A DNA stretch of 64,000 nt, from the NCBI GenBank assembly GCA_050303855.1, contig JBNLCO010000010.1, positions 30,207 to 94,206 of the forward strand, read 5' to 3'. Positions 19,592 through 28,941 of the stretch are shown here, piece after piece (position 1 is the first letter of the stretch; every line of letters starts with the position of its first letter). This stretch comes from Candidatus Pacearchaeota archaeon. GTDB lineage: Archaea > Nanobdellota > Nanobdellia > Pacearchaeales > GW2011-AR1. The translations under genes and the position numbers were made by a program. The notes below the pieces were generated by a model. The model saw only the letters and a program-made list of their open reading frames with translations, was not told where the DNA came from and ran no database searches.

Positions 19592-20023
19592 TCAGGCAAA
19601 CTTTAAGAAAAATTTAACAAACGCCAATTTTATTTTCTTTCCAAAGCCCACACCTTTTATTTCTAGATCTCCTGACTCAGTACTATTTTTGTAAGTTTCA
19701 ATAATATCATCTGATTCAGCGAAATCTTTTATTACTGACGAATCTTTTATGTAAACGTTATAGGTTGCATTTTCATTTTCAATACAAGAGAAATCAATTA
19801 TTATCTTTTCTTCAATTACCAGATTTCCATAAGTTTCATTTGAAACATAGATATTTAGAACTTCATTTGTGAACGGGGCGCTTTCAGGAAGGTTTTTCCC
19901 AATTGCCATATCTTTGTAATTTTCAACATTTTTACAAGAAAAGTCAGTTATCTCTATAGCACTCACTGAGGCTATAAGGAAAACAAAGAATATTCCTATT
20001 GCAAGGTATTTCACGCTCTTCAT
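19592..20023 (-). CDS. secreted hypothetical protein
   Basis: 143 aa with an N-terminal signal peptide (MKSVKYLAIGIFFVFLIASVSA). Confidence 0.4.
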   Translation of the reverse strand: MKSVKYLAIGIFFVFLIASVSAIEITDFSCKNVENYKDMAIGKNLPESAPFTNEVLNIYVSNETYGNLVIEEKIIIDFSCIENENATYNVYIKDSSVIKDFAESDDIIETYKNSTESGDLEIKGVGFGKKIKLAFVKFFLKFA

Positions 20024-20206
20024 AATCGGACTAATACTTTTGGATTTATAAAATTTGGTGTTAATATTAGTAATAAACTAATTATGTAATTGGCCAATAA
20101 GTATAAATCTTTTTATATAAGATTTAGTTTTATTATCAATGGTTTATACTAATTCTAGCCTCACGGAAAGAACAAAGCTCGACTCGAGTTGCGTAGGAGA
20201 GTTTGA

Positions 20207-20638
20207 ATGATCTACACAAACTCGGACGGAGGTAGTCGGGGAAACCCTGGTCCGGGGGCAGTAGGAGTTATTGTAAGGAAGGAAGGAGAAATCTTGTTTA
20301 AGGGAAGTAAATTTATAGGGAAGTTAGTTACAAACAATGTTGCAGAATATGAAGGTTTGATATTAGCTTTGGAGTTGGCCGCAAAAGTAACAGACGGAGA
20401 TTTGACTTGTATTTTGGATTCAGAGTTAATCGTTAAGCAGCTTCTTGGAGAATACAAAGTAAAGAACCCAAGAATATTGCCTTTGTTCTTAAAAGTTCAA
20501 AAATTACAGGAAAATTTTAAAACGATCAAATACGAACACGTTTCTAGATGGGATCCATTTCAAAAACTTGCAGACGAGTTAGTTAATAAAGAATTGAATT
20601 CCAGAGGGTATTATAAAAGTAAATTTAAGAAGAAATAG
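20207..20638 (+). CDS. rnhA: ribonuclease HI (type 1 RNase H)
   Basis: 143 aa. DEDD arrangement: SDGGSRGNPG, AEYEGL, ILDSELIV, ADELVNKE. Confidence 0.65.
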   Translation: MIYTNSDGGSRGNPGPGAVGVIVRKEGEILFKGSKFIGKLVTNNVAEYEGLILALELAAKVTDGDLTCILDSELIVKQLLGEYKVKNPRILPLFLKVQKLQENFKTIKYEHVSRWDPFQKLADELVNKELNSRGYYKSKFKKK

Positions 20639-20689
20639 CTTCGCCATTTAATTCATTCTCTCAAGCGTAATCAAATGAAAAAAATAATT

Positions 20690-20902
20690 TTATATTCCCA
20701 ATAATTTGTATACTAAGAATAACGGCCAAACAAGTGCTTTAATGAATCCTAAAACTCCTGCCCAGAATCCTGTTGATTGTTGTATGTAATATATTGCTGA
20801 TCCTAAAAAACCAAGGAAGTAAAAGAAACCACCGCATCCATTGTTAGTGCAAGCCATGTTTTTACTTTTCATCATGTTTTTTTTCATCTTCCTCTTTACC
20901 AT
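20690..20902 (-). CDS. small Cys-containing membrane protein
   Basis: 70 aa with a basic N-terminus, CTNNGCGG, and two TM helices. Confidence 0.3.
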   Translation of the reverse strand: MVKRKMKKNMMKSKNMACTNNGCGGFFYFLGFLGSAIYYIQQSTGFWAGVLGFIKALVWPLFLVYKLLGI

Positions 20903-20976
20903 ATTGAATTTAGCGGAGATTATTATTTAAATGTTTCTAGAATAAATTATATAAACCGTTTTCTATTTGATTAGCC

Positions 20977-22446
20977 ATGGGTAGAGAAGAACAAATTGTA
21001 AGTGAAAGGTTAAGAAAACTTGGAGAGATAAAAGATTCTGGAATAAATCCTTATCCTGACAAATATGATAAAAAGCAGAGTTGTTCTGAGTGTGCAGAAA
21101 GTAAAGTTGGTACTAAAGTTAAGACTGCTGGAAGATTGATGACTAAAAGAGATCTTGGAAAGATTGCATTTTGTGTTTTAAAAGATTTCTCTGGGAAAGT
21201 TCAGCTGGTCTTTGTAGCCAAAGAAAGGAGCAAGAAATCTGAACAACAATTTTCTTCATTAAAGAAATATTTAGACGTGGGAGATTTTGTAGGTGTTGAA
21301 GGAGAAATAGCAAAAACAAAGACAGGAGAAATTTCAATTATGGTGAACAAGGTTGAGATTTTGTCTAAAGCGATTTTGCCTTTGCCAGAGAAAAGAAAAG
21401 GTTTGCAAAACGACGAGGAGAGATATAGAAAAAGATACTTAGACATTTTGATGAATGATGAAGTTAAAGAAATGTTTGTTAAGAAATCTTTATTCTGGAA
21501 CGTAATAAGAAAGTTCTTATTAGATAAGGGGTTTATTGAAGTTGAGACTCCTGTTTTAGAGAATTCTGCTGGAGGTGCCGCAGCAACTCCATTTAAGACC
21601 CACCATAATGCATTAGATATTGATGTTTACCTTAGAATTTCTATGGGAGAATTGTGGCAGAAAAAATTGATGGTTGCAGGCTATGATAAAACATTTGAGA
21701 TCGGTAGACAGTTCAGAAATGAAGGCATGGATATGGAGCATTTACAAGATTATACCCAAATGGAGTTTTATTGGGCATATGCAAATTATCAAGACGGGAT
21801 GAAACTTGTTGAAGAAATGTATAGAAAAGTAGCTAAGGAAGTCTTTGGAACTTTGAAGTTTGAAATTCATGGACATAAAGTTGATTTAGGAAAGAAATGG
21901 GAAATTTATGATTTTGAGAGTTTAATTAAGAAAAATACAAAGATAGACATCTACAAATCGGATAAGAAAGAGATAATGGCCAAATTAAAAGAACTGAAAT
22001 TGGACTTTGATCCTGCTGTAGATAAGTGGAGAATGGTTGACTTACTTTGGAAATATTGTAGGAAGAAATTATCTGGGCCGGGATTCTTAACTGGACAACC
22101 TGTAGAATTAGCTCCTTTAGCTAAGAGAAATCCAGAAGATCCAAGAAAAGTTGAACAGTTCCAAGTTATAATTGCTGGTTCAGAGGTTGGTAACGGATAT
22201 TCTGAATTGAATGATCCTATAGATCAGGAAGAAAGATTTAAGGAACAAATGAAGAATAAAGGCTCTGGAGATGAGGAAGCGATGGATCATGACAAGAGTT
22301 TTGTTGAAGCGTTGAAACACGGAATGCCTCCTACGTGCGGTTTTGGGGTTAGTGAAAGATTATTTGGCTTCTTAGTTGGTAAACCTTTGAGAGAAACAGT
22401 CCTATTCCCTTTGATGAGACCAGAAGGTGATGAGAAAAATGATTGA
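20977..22446 (+). CDS. lysS: lysyl-tRNA synthetase, class II
   Basis: 489 aa. N-terminal OB anticodon-binding domain, then class II motifs FEIGRQFRNEG and the C-terminal GFGVSERL block. Confidence 0.9.
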   Translation: MGREEQIVSERLRKLGEIKDSGINPYPDKYDKKQSCSECAESKVGTKVKTAGRLMTKRDLGKIAFCVLKDFSGKVQLVFVAKERSKKSEQQFSSLKKYLDVGDFVGVEGEIAKTKTGEISIMVNKVEILSKAILPLPEKRKGLQNDEERYRKRYLDILMNDEVKEMFVKKSLFWNVIRKFLLDKGFIEVETPVLENSAGGAAATPFKTHHNALDIDVYLRISMGELWQKKLMVAGYDKTFEIGRQFRNEGMDMEHLQDYTQMEFYWAYANYQDGMKLVEEMYRKVAKEVFGTLKFEIHGHKVDLGKKWEIYDFESLIKKNTKIDIYKSDKKEIMAKLKELKLDFDPAVDKWRMVDLLWKYCRKKLSGPGFLTGQPVELAPLAKRNPEDPRKVEQFQVIIAGSEVGNGYSELNDPIDQEERFKEQMKNKGSGDEEAMDHDKSFVEALKHGMPPTCGFGVSERLFGFLVGKPLRETVLFPLMRPEGDEKND

Positions 22447-22624
22447 GGCAGAATTCTTTGATATTTTTGGGATATTTGTCTTTTTGATACTTTTATTTTG
22501 CGGGTCCAAAATTGTAAAGAGAGGAGATAAGGAACTTAGGAGATACGGATATATTGTATGGGTTATAGGAATTCTTGGACTTATAATTGATGGTTACATT
22601 GTAGTTACATATTATTTCTTATGA
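22427..22624 (+). CDS. small membrane protein
   Basis: 65 aa with two TM helices. It overlaps the lysS stop. Confidence 0.3.
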   Translation: MMRKMIEAEFFDIFGIFVFLILLFCGSKIVKRGDKELRRYGYIVWVIGILGLIIDGYIVVTYYFL

Positions 22625-22658
22625 TAAATCTTAAAAAGAACTGAACTGGCAAGGTTAT

Positions 22659-23153
22659 ATGAAATTTCCTTCAAAAGAACAATTCGATTCTTGGTTCATT
22701 AAGCCCAGAAAAGCTCCTTATCCCCTATCTGGGTGGAAATTGCATATTTCTGGAGAAAACGAGGATGATTCAACAACAATAAAATCTGCTTTGGAAGAGA
22801 TTATAGAAAAATATAATTTAGGGTGGAAACTTGCTAAAGAAGAATTCTTTAATCTGACAAACAAGAAAGGAAAGAATCAATATAAGGCTAGTACGATCTA
22901 CTTTCCATCAGATGTGATAAATTTGGGATTGCAAAAAGAGATTGTAAAGGATATCTCTAATGCTTTGGCAGAAAAAGGATACAAAAAAGATTTTGAAATC
23001 AAAGGGAGTAAGAAAATTGCTGCTTCAATTTATTACAGATATGACATGGACATTCCTTTTAGAAAAGAAGGATTTCCAAGAGAAGATTATCTTAAACATT
23101 ATAAGACAAGTGGAGATAATTTCAATATTGAGAATAATAAAGACATTTTTTAA
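22659..23153 (+). CDS. hypothetical protein
   Basis: 164 aa and soluble, with no recognised motifs. Confidence 0.35.
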   Translation: MKFPSKEQFDSWFIKPRKAPYPLSGWKLHISGENEDDSTTIKSALEEIIEKYNLGWKLAKEEFFNLTNKKGKNQYKASTIYFPSDVINLGLQKEIVKDISNALAEKGYKKDFEIKGSKKIAASIYYRYDMDIPFRKEGFPREDYLKHYKTSGDNFNIENNKDIF

Positions 23154-23405
23154 TCATCTTTCATAAATATTTTTTCTATGTCCAATTTTTTCGACATATA
23201 ATACTTTAATTTCTTCTTGGAGATCAATGATTAACCTGTAATCTCCAACACGCAATTTATATCCCTTTATTTGCGTCAAATGTTTAAGATAGCGAAAAGG
23301 TTCTTCTTTACATTCTTGTAATTTATTCCAAATTCTGCCCTTAATGTTATGTTCCAATTTATTAAGAAAATCTAAAGCCCTCTTATCAAAACGAACCTCA
23401 TACAT
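23154..23405 (-). CDS. RelE/ParE-family type II toxin
   Basis: About 84 aa from MYEVRFDKRALDFLNKL...GYKLRVGDYRLIIDL...KVLYVEKIGHRKNIY, the RelE/ParE pattern. The start lies 1 nt after the upstream ORF stop (TAGGATG). The longer table ORF 23154..23537 uses an upstream in-frame start. Confidence 0.6.
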   Translation of the reverse strand: MYEVRFDKRALDFLNKLEHNIKGRIWNKLQECKEEPFRYLKHLTQIKGYKLRVGDYRLIIDLQEEIKVLYVEKIGHRKNIYER

Positions 23406-23406
23406 C

Positions 23407-23643
23407 CTATAATCCGAGGATCTTTTTTGCCTCTTCCTCTGTATAAAATTCTCCTTTCTTAATCCTTTCTCTTGCTTCCTTGATTTCTTTGATTGTTTTT
23501 TGGGATAATTTTGGCTCATCTTCACACATTTTTGCAATATAAATTAATTTTCTAATTAATTCATTGTAACTTTCGTTTTTGTATTGTTTGAATTTATCCA
23601 AATCTTGTTTTGTTTGAATATTCAAACGAATTGTTGTTTCCAT
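23407..23643 (-). CDS. putative antitoxin (small DNA-binding protein) of the RelE/ParE module
   Basis: 78 aa, directly upstream of the toxin and translationally coupled to it. Confidence 0.45.
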   Translation of the reverse strand: METTIRLNIQTKQDLDKFKQYKNESYNELIRKLIYIAKMCEDEPKLSQKTIKEIKEARERIKKGEFYTEEEAKKILGL

Positions 23644-23715
23644 TTCTTTCTTCTCCGTGCCTTACCTTTATCCGTGCTCTCTAGCTTTGATTTTGACTTT
23701 TGCTTTGAGTATATT

Positions 23716-23735
23716 TATGTATACATATGTATATT
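23716..23735. promoter_or_regulatory. palindromic AT-rich element (TATGTATACATA with duplicated TATGTATA) in a divergent intergenic region
   Basis: A 12-bp perfect palindrome overlaps two direct TATGTATA copies. It lies between the divergently oriented antitoxin gene and the DUF1931 gene. Confidence 0.3.
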
Positions 23736-23788
23736 TAAATGTTTTGATTTTGTGAAAATTTTAAAAACTCCTTCTTCTTGTAATAGTC

Positions 23789-23974
23789 ATGGCATTAATA
23801 ATAAAGTCAAATATAAGAAGAGCGGTGAAAGAATTAGACAAATCTGAGGTTATATCAAGTGTCGCTGAGGAAGTTGAAATGGCTCTTGAAAGAAAGGTTG
23901 AAGGTATTTTAACTGAAGCAATAAAAAGGGCTAATGCAAACGGTCGTAGGACTTTGCAGGCAAGAGATTTATAG
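23789..23974 (+). CDS. DUF1931-family histone-fold protein
   Basis: 61 aa. The C-terminus ...TEAIKRANANGRRTLQARDL matches the DUF1931 signature (...NGRKTVQARDL). Confidence 0.55.
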   Translation: MALIIKSNIRRAVKELDKSEVISSVAEEVEMALERKVEGILTEAIKRANANGRRTLQARDL

Positions 23975-23988
23975 GAATCGTTAGTAAA

Positions 23989-24414
23989 ATGGTTATGAAA
24001 AAAGAGGTTGATAAAAAGAAGTTGAAGAAAAATTCCAATAGAAGAGCTTCTAGGAATTTTGTTATAGCTTTGTCTGTTGTGAGCATAATTGGATTTTTGA
24101 GTATTATGGTGGAGAGTTTATTTTATTGGGATGTTTCAGGTTATATTGATACTTTATGGTTGATTGTTTTGGGATTGGGTTTGATTTTAGAAACAACAAT
24201 TAAAGAGCTCAAATCCGTAAAAAGAAAGGGATTAACTTCAGAATATTTAGGAAAGATAACAATGATTGTTGTCGGAAGTATTGCAATAATTTCAGGCATA
24301 TTGAGTTTACCTCAAATAAACGTTCAGAATGCTTCATTCCTTGCTGTTAAAGGGATTATCAGTATTTTAGCTATAATCTTTATTATATTAGAAACTTGGG
24401 TTGCTAGAAATTAA
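23989..24414 (+). CDS. membrane protein
   Basis: 141 aa with a basic N-terminus and four TM helices. Confidence 0.4.
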   Translation: MVMKKEVDKKKLKKNSNRRASRNFVIALSVVSIIGFLSIMVESLFYWDVSGYIDTLWLIVLGLGLILETTIKELKSVKRKGLTSEYLGKITMIVVGSIAIISGILSLPQINVQNASFLAVKGIISILAIIFIILETWVARN

Positions 24415-24482
24415 CATTAGGATTTGATGAACTTTGACGATTAATTGCGAAGCTGTCGAAGTTGAGTGGAGCCTGCAAGGCG
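24412..24482. repeat. 71-bp direct repeat, copy 1 (identical to 29049..29119)
   Basis: taacattaggatttgatgaactttgacgattaattgcgaagctgtcgaagttgagtggagcctgcaaggcg occurs identically at both positions. Confidence 0.8.
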
Positions 24483-25084
24483 ATCGACCGGAGCGAAGCG
24501 TAGGGACAGTATGACGGAAGAAAAAATTTGCGTTATGTTTATAAAGTAGGCTATATTTTCAAAAACTATGCCATTACTAGTTGAAGTTAGACACACCGAT
24601 TCGGGATTGGAAGGGGTAACTACATCTGGAGATTCAATTAAATTATCAGCCCCAACTCCAAAAGTAAGACTTTTACAACATCCTCCTGCAAGGGAAGAAC
24701 AAACCAGAGAGGGACAGGATAGGTGGATAAATAATGTTGTAAATGATTTAATTCTTCCAGAATTAGGGGATGATAAGTTTGTCCAGATGGGCGGAAGAGA
24801 ATCGAGTCTGTATAATGCTGGCATAGCTTTTGCATATAATGAATATAGCAGAAGAGAATAAGCAAGTTTTTTCTGAGTAATATTGAACATCGGGATTAAG
24901 ATAAGTTTGGCGTAGCCAAATTTGGGTAAAATTCTGCAAGAATTTTCCTCTAAATCCTTGTTAAATGAGGGTGAGCCTGCAAGGCGTGGCACGAGCGGAG
25001 CGACGCAGAGTTTTAATTTTTCTTTTCAGGTTGAGGGAGGACGGTAAGACGACCAATTAATTAGAGAGATAAGCCCGCATTTTG

Positions 25085-25105
25085 TTTCTTTTTTCTAAAA
25101 AGAAA
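25085..25105. repeat. AT-rich perfect hairpin TTTCTTTTT-TCT-AAAAAGAAA within a 24-nt repeat (second copy at 26694..26714)
   Basis: The identical 24-mer ttgtttcttttttctaaaaagaaa appears twice. Both copies lie in non-coding spacers of the island. Confidence 0.6.
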
Positions 25106-25135
25106 ATGGGGAGTTCCTATTTTGCTTCTTTTCTT

Positions 25136-26110
25136 TTACGCAATTAAATTTGAAGAAAGATAATCAAACATATAATCTATTTTATGAACAAGAAGTTTTG
25201 ATCTTTCAGTTTTTTCCTTGTGTATATATTCTGAGAAAATACTTACTGTATAAATGTAAATCCATTTATTGAGTTCTTCAAATTCAGATTTTGAAAGTAT
25301 TTTTTTTGTTTCTTTCATTAATCTAATTGTATCTTCTCCTGTCTCATTAACTCCTCCTTTCAAAATAAATCTAGCCAAATCTTCAAGAGGTCTCCCAAAA
25401 TTTATCTTAGGATCTATTATTAGAAAATCCTTATCTTTATACATAATATTCCGACGAGACATATCTCCATGAATTATCTGCTGAGGCAAACCATTCAATT
25501 CTTTATGGTAAAAAGAAAGTTTTTCTGCATGTTCGTTACTCAACTTTCCTTTTTCTCTTGCAAATTGAAGAAACTCTGGAAATTGACCATTATATCCCGT
25601 TTTTCCAAATTTAGAAATTTCTTCTTTAGATAAATAATTTTTATCCTTTGAATATTTATCACTCATTTTGATAACACTCTTTGTTATCTCTGAAATAAAA
25701 TCAAGAGCTTCAATGTCTGATACCTCTTGCATTGTTGAAAATTCTTTCAGATAGGGACAAATTAAAAAATTATTTGGTAATAATTCATATTCAATTATTT
25801 TACTACCTGAACTAAATTTATTTTTAGTAAATAAGCTAGTAATCTGCGCTTTATTTTCCCAAGATAACTCTGCATTTTTTATTATTTTATTCGTAGCGGT
25901 CAAAACGACTACTGAAGCTATACTTTCATCTAATATTTTTACTGGCAAATAATCATCCTTATCAGGCAATTCATTGTATTCTCTTTCAAACTTTAAATTT
26001 TCTTCAGTAATTTTTTCATCTGAAACCCATGTAGTCAAAATACCTCTCCTATTTTTTGGCAAAATGAACTTTTTCCCTTTCAAGGTAATTGCATCTATTT
26101 TTTTTGTCAT
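25136..26110 (-). CDS. phosphotransferase-family kinase (APH/choline-kinase-like fold)
   Basis: 324 aa. Brenner motif IIHGDMSRRNIMY, then IIDPKINFGRPLEDLARF (DFG-like). Confidence 0.6.
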   Translation of the reverse strand: MTKKIDAITLKGKKFILPKNRRGILTTWVSDEKITEENLKFEREYNELPDKDDYLPVKILDESIASVVVLTATNKIIKNAELSWENKAQITSLFTKNKFSSGSKIIEYELLPNNFLICPYLKEFSTMQEVSDIEALDFISEITKSVIKMSDKYSKDKNYLSKEEISKFGKTGYNGQFPEFLQFAREKGKLSNEHAEKLSFYHKELNGLPQQIIHGDMSRRNIMYKDKDFLIIDPKINFGRPLEDLARFILKGGVNETGEDTIRLMKETKKILSKSEFEELNKWIYIYTVSIFSEYIHKEKTERSKLLVHKIDYMFDYLSSNLIA

Positions 26111-26693
26111 TATATTAAGATTAAAAAGTTTGTATTTATATTGATTGCTGTAAAGACATGTTTATACTTTCGGCGTGAGCCGACAAATTATCCTAAGGAT
26201 TAGGAACTCCCCTATTAATGAAAAATTTGCGTGAAACGAAGTGAAACCTTTTATCCTCTGTTATGTGAAATTGTCAAATTTCATTTCGGTTTTTGTTGGT
26301 CGGATAAAAGAAGTTTTTCTATTTTTGTCGAAGACAAAAAGCTATTTGTCCAAAGGACGCAGGCTTTTTTCTCCTCTCGTTAGGGTGGGAAGAAAAGAAA
26401 AATTAAAATTTGGGCGAAGCCAAGCAACATCAGGATTTAGAGAAGTTCTTCTGACCTCGAGACTGGAGCGGAACCTTACAGGCTCGAGCTGGAAGAAGAA
26501 TTTGGATGGAAGAAACTGCAAGTTTCTGGAACTCTTTATCCCCTGTTCAACTCTCCGTAGGATTGATTTTTAATGCAATGTTCCGAAGGAAAAAATCAAA
26601 GTCGTGAGCTATATTAATTTAAAGAGGACACTTTAGGACGGTGGGTTCCGTCTGTAAAACCCATTAAATGAGAGATGTGTGCTTTCCTTTTTG

Positions 26694-26714
26694 TTTCTTT
26701 TTTCTAAAAAGAAA
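26694..26714. repeat. second copy of the TTTCTTTTT-TCT-AAAAAGAAA hairpin
   Basis: Identical to 25085..25105. Confidence 0.6.
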
Positions 26715-26782
26715 TTAAATTTTTTGGGAGAAGCGAGTTTTTAATCGTTAAATTATTAAAGGAGTTAATTATTCATTAAATT

Positions 26783-27979
26783 ATGCATAGAGAAGAATAT
26801 ATTAAAGATATGAAGGAAGTGGGGGCAAAATCTCTTTCCTATTTGGATAAGTTTCTAAAAAGTAAAATCCAAGATAAAGAACTTTTTGAAACAATAACTC
26901 TTTTTTTGAAAAAAAGGGAAGATGCTATCGCAAGACCTTGGATTGTAAAAAATTCTTTCAGTTTTTTTTCTGGTAAAGAAGCAGATACAAAAAGTTTGCC
27001 TATGTCAAGCGTTGTAGAGTTAGAGAATATTTCAAATTATCAAAGCAACGCAGTTTATGACAATAAGTATATAATCAAAACGGAAAAAGACAAGGTTCTA
27101 CAAGTTTTAGCTTCATTTATCACAAGAGATTTAGTAGATGACTTAATCTTTGAAGAATACAAAGAAAAAACAGCTGTTTTGTTATCTGGTGTTTTAAGAA
27201 AAATCGATTTTTATGACCAAACAGGACAATACAAAGAATTTCAGAAATTGTTTTACGAAGAAGGATACTCATTTGAAGATTTAGAAAAATATACTCTAAC
27301 TTATTTAGAAAAAGCTATGTTTTATGGGGGTGCTTGGGTTGGGGGGTTAATCTTGGCAGGAGCAATTTTAAGTTTTGATAAATTTCCTGATAATGAAGAC
27401 TTAAAACATCTTGTTAAATATGGGATTTTAACGGGAACTGCAATGAATATAATAAATGATATAAGCGATTATGCTCTTTTTGAAAAACAAAAAAGTAAGT
27501 TTGGTATGCACTACAAAAAGCCGGAAGACCAATTTAGAGATATTGAAAATAAGAGAATCCTAATTCCTTTCTTTTATACAATTTATCAAGCAAAAAAGAA
27601 AAATAAAAAGGAATATGATAAATTGTTGAGTTTTTTAGGAAAAGAATTGTCTATGGAAGATAAAAAAGAGATTTTTGAATTGATGAAAAAATATAATGGA
27701 TTAAGCTATGCTTACAGTATTGCTAAACTTTTGAATAATAGGGCTTTAAAGGAATTGGAAAAAGTTAAAGGAAAAACAAAAGAAATTGATTTTTTCAAAA
27801 TTTTATCATCAATAGTGGAGAACAATAAATTTTTACACTATTACCGTTCTGAAAATGCGGTAAAAAAGGTTACATTAAATCCAAATGTAAAGAAAAAAAT
27901 CAAATCACATTTTTTTTATGATGCTGGGGTTGCTAATGGTATGGCATCAGACTTCTTCGGAAGTTTGAGAGCTTTGTAG
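26783..27979 (+). CDS. isoprenoid/polyprenyl synthetase-like protein with degenerate Asp-rich motifs
   Basis: 398 aa. GTAMNIINDISDYA parallels the SARM GxxFQIxDDxxD with ND in place of DD. An upstream VVELENIS aligns weakly with the FARM. The fold is all-alpha. Confidence 0.35.
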   Translation: MHREEYIKDMKEVGAKSLSYLDKFLKSKIQDKELFETITLFLKKREDAIARPWIVKNSFSFFSGKEADTKSLPMSSVVELENISNYQSNAVYDNKYIIKTEKDKVLQVLASFITRDLVDDLIFEEYKEKTAVLLSGVLRKIDFYDQTGQYKEFQKLFYEEGYSFEDLEKYTLTYLEKAMFYGGAWVGGLILAGAILSFDKFPDNEDLKHLVKYGILTGTAMNIINDISDYALFEKQKSKFGMHYKKPEDQFRDIENKRILIPFFYTIYQAKKKNKKEYDKLLSFLGKELSMEDKKEIFELMKKYNGLSYAYSIAKLLNNRALKELEKVKGKTKEIDFFKILSSIVENNKFLHYYRSENAVKKVTLNPNVKKKIKSHFFYDAGVANGMASDFFGSLRAL

Positions 27980-27984
27980 CTCAT

Positions 27985-28032
27985 GCAGGTTCGAATCCTG
28001 TCCCCAGCGCTTTCATTAAAAACTCGCTGGGG
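27985..28032 (+). other. tRNA T-arm/acceptor-like fragment plus GC-rich hairpin immediately after the CDS stop
   Basis: GCAGG-TTCGAAT-CCTGT is a canonical T-stem-loop, followed by CCCCAGCG. The complement CGCTGGGG lies 15 nt downstream, giving an 8-bp stem. Confidence 0.35.
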
Positions 28033-28191
28033 TGGAAGAAAATTTAATCATAATTTCAAAACTGAAAGTTTTGACTATCTGTTGCGAAGCACGAAAGCAC
28101 ACATCTCCTAACTGGGGTGGGTGGTCGGGGGTTTTAAAGTGTCCTCTTTACTAACTTTTTACATTTTAGTTTTGGCTCACGATTGAGTTTA

Positions 28192-28268
28192 ACATCGGGG
28201 ATAAAAGAAGTTTTTCTGGAACGTAGTGGAAGAAAAATTTGGGAAAATTGCGAGCCGAGCAATTTTCC
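28192..28268. repeat. 77-bp repeat with nested perfect hairpin, copy 1 (identical to 30061..30137)
   Basis: acatcggggataaaagaagtttttctggaacgtagtggaagaaaaatttgggaaaattgcgagccgagcaattttcc contains the hairpin GGAAAATTGC-GAGCCGA-GCAATTTTCC. Copy 1 also has an outer GGGATAAAAG/CTTTTATCCC pairing. Confidence 0.75.
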
Positions 28269-28350
28269 TTTTATCCCTTGTTATACGGGAGTGAATGGAA
28301 CGAAGTGAAGTGAAAGCGTAGCGTCCCCTTTAGCGTTTGCGGGTGTGCCG

Positions 28351-28941
28351 TCATTTCAGAATATAGACCTTTCTTTGCAAAAATCCGTCTTCTTCACATC
28401 CTTCATCAAGTATTTTTTCTTCAATAATCTGCATTTTAGATTTTGTGAAAAATTCTTTTAACTCAGAATCAGTATAATACTTGTAGATATGCATATTGTT
28501 TGATGAAGGATGTATTAGTTTATTTACTTTTGAATCGAATTCCTTTGCCTTTTGAACATTTGTTTTCTTTGTAATCATTTCTTCTACAATAATCACTATT
28601 TTGCCTACTCGCTTAAGTTCAATAAAAACTTCCTCAACACTTATTTTAGGAGGTAAATGGTGCAAAACATATTGTAGGAAAACCACATCAAATGATTTTT
28701 GTTCAAAAGGTAACTTTTCAAGAGACGATTCAAAAAACGGAAAAGAAATAACTTCTTTATCACGAATATCCTCAATATCCAATAAGGTTATTTTTGTATC
28801 AAATTTTTTATTGAAGAAAAATGAATTAAATCCATTACCGCAGCCAACATCTAAAAGACTTTTATCCTCAATATATTTTTTAACAACAGGTAAAAGTATT
28901 TGTTGGTAATCTTCAATAATTTGTTTTACATTTTTCTGCAT
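28351..28941 (-). CDS. class I SAM-dependent methyltransferase
   Basis: 196 aa. Motif I LLDVGCGNGFNS, then an acidic-loop VFLQYVLHHL-like motif. Confidence 0.65.
   Translation of the reverse strand: MQKNVKQIIEDYQQILLPVVKKYIEDKSLLDVGCGNGFNSFFFNKKFDTKITLLDIEDIRDKEVISFPFFESSLEKLPFEQKSFDVVFLQYVLHHLPPKISVEEVFIELKRVGKIVIIVEEMITKKTNVQKAKEFDSKVNKLIHPSSNNMHIYKYYTDSELKEFFTKSKMQIIEEKILDEGCEEDGFLQRKVYILK

Noticed and set aside
24441-24992. 183-aa ORF on the minus strand
   Set aside because: It spans the 71-bp repeat and other repeat copies. It has no start context and runs antisense to a GC-richer segment, so it is a likely artefact of repeat sequence.
26241-26573. 110-aa ORF in the 620-bp spacer
   Set aside because: It overlaps several repeat motifs. 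The predicted protein is Arg/Ser/Leu-rich and lacks structure. It is treated as non-coding repeat DNA.
27985-28032. A complete tRNA gene at this site
   Set aside because: Only a T-arm and a 3' acceptor strand are recognisable. The downstream complementary strand is followed by sequence that cannot form D and anticodon arms.
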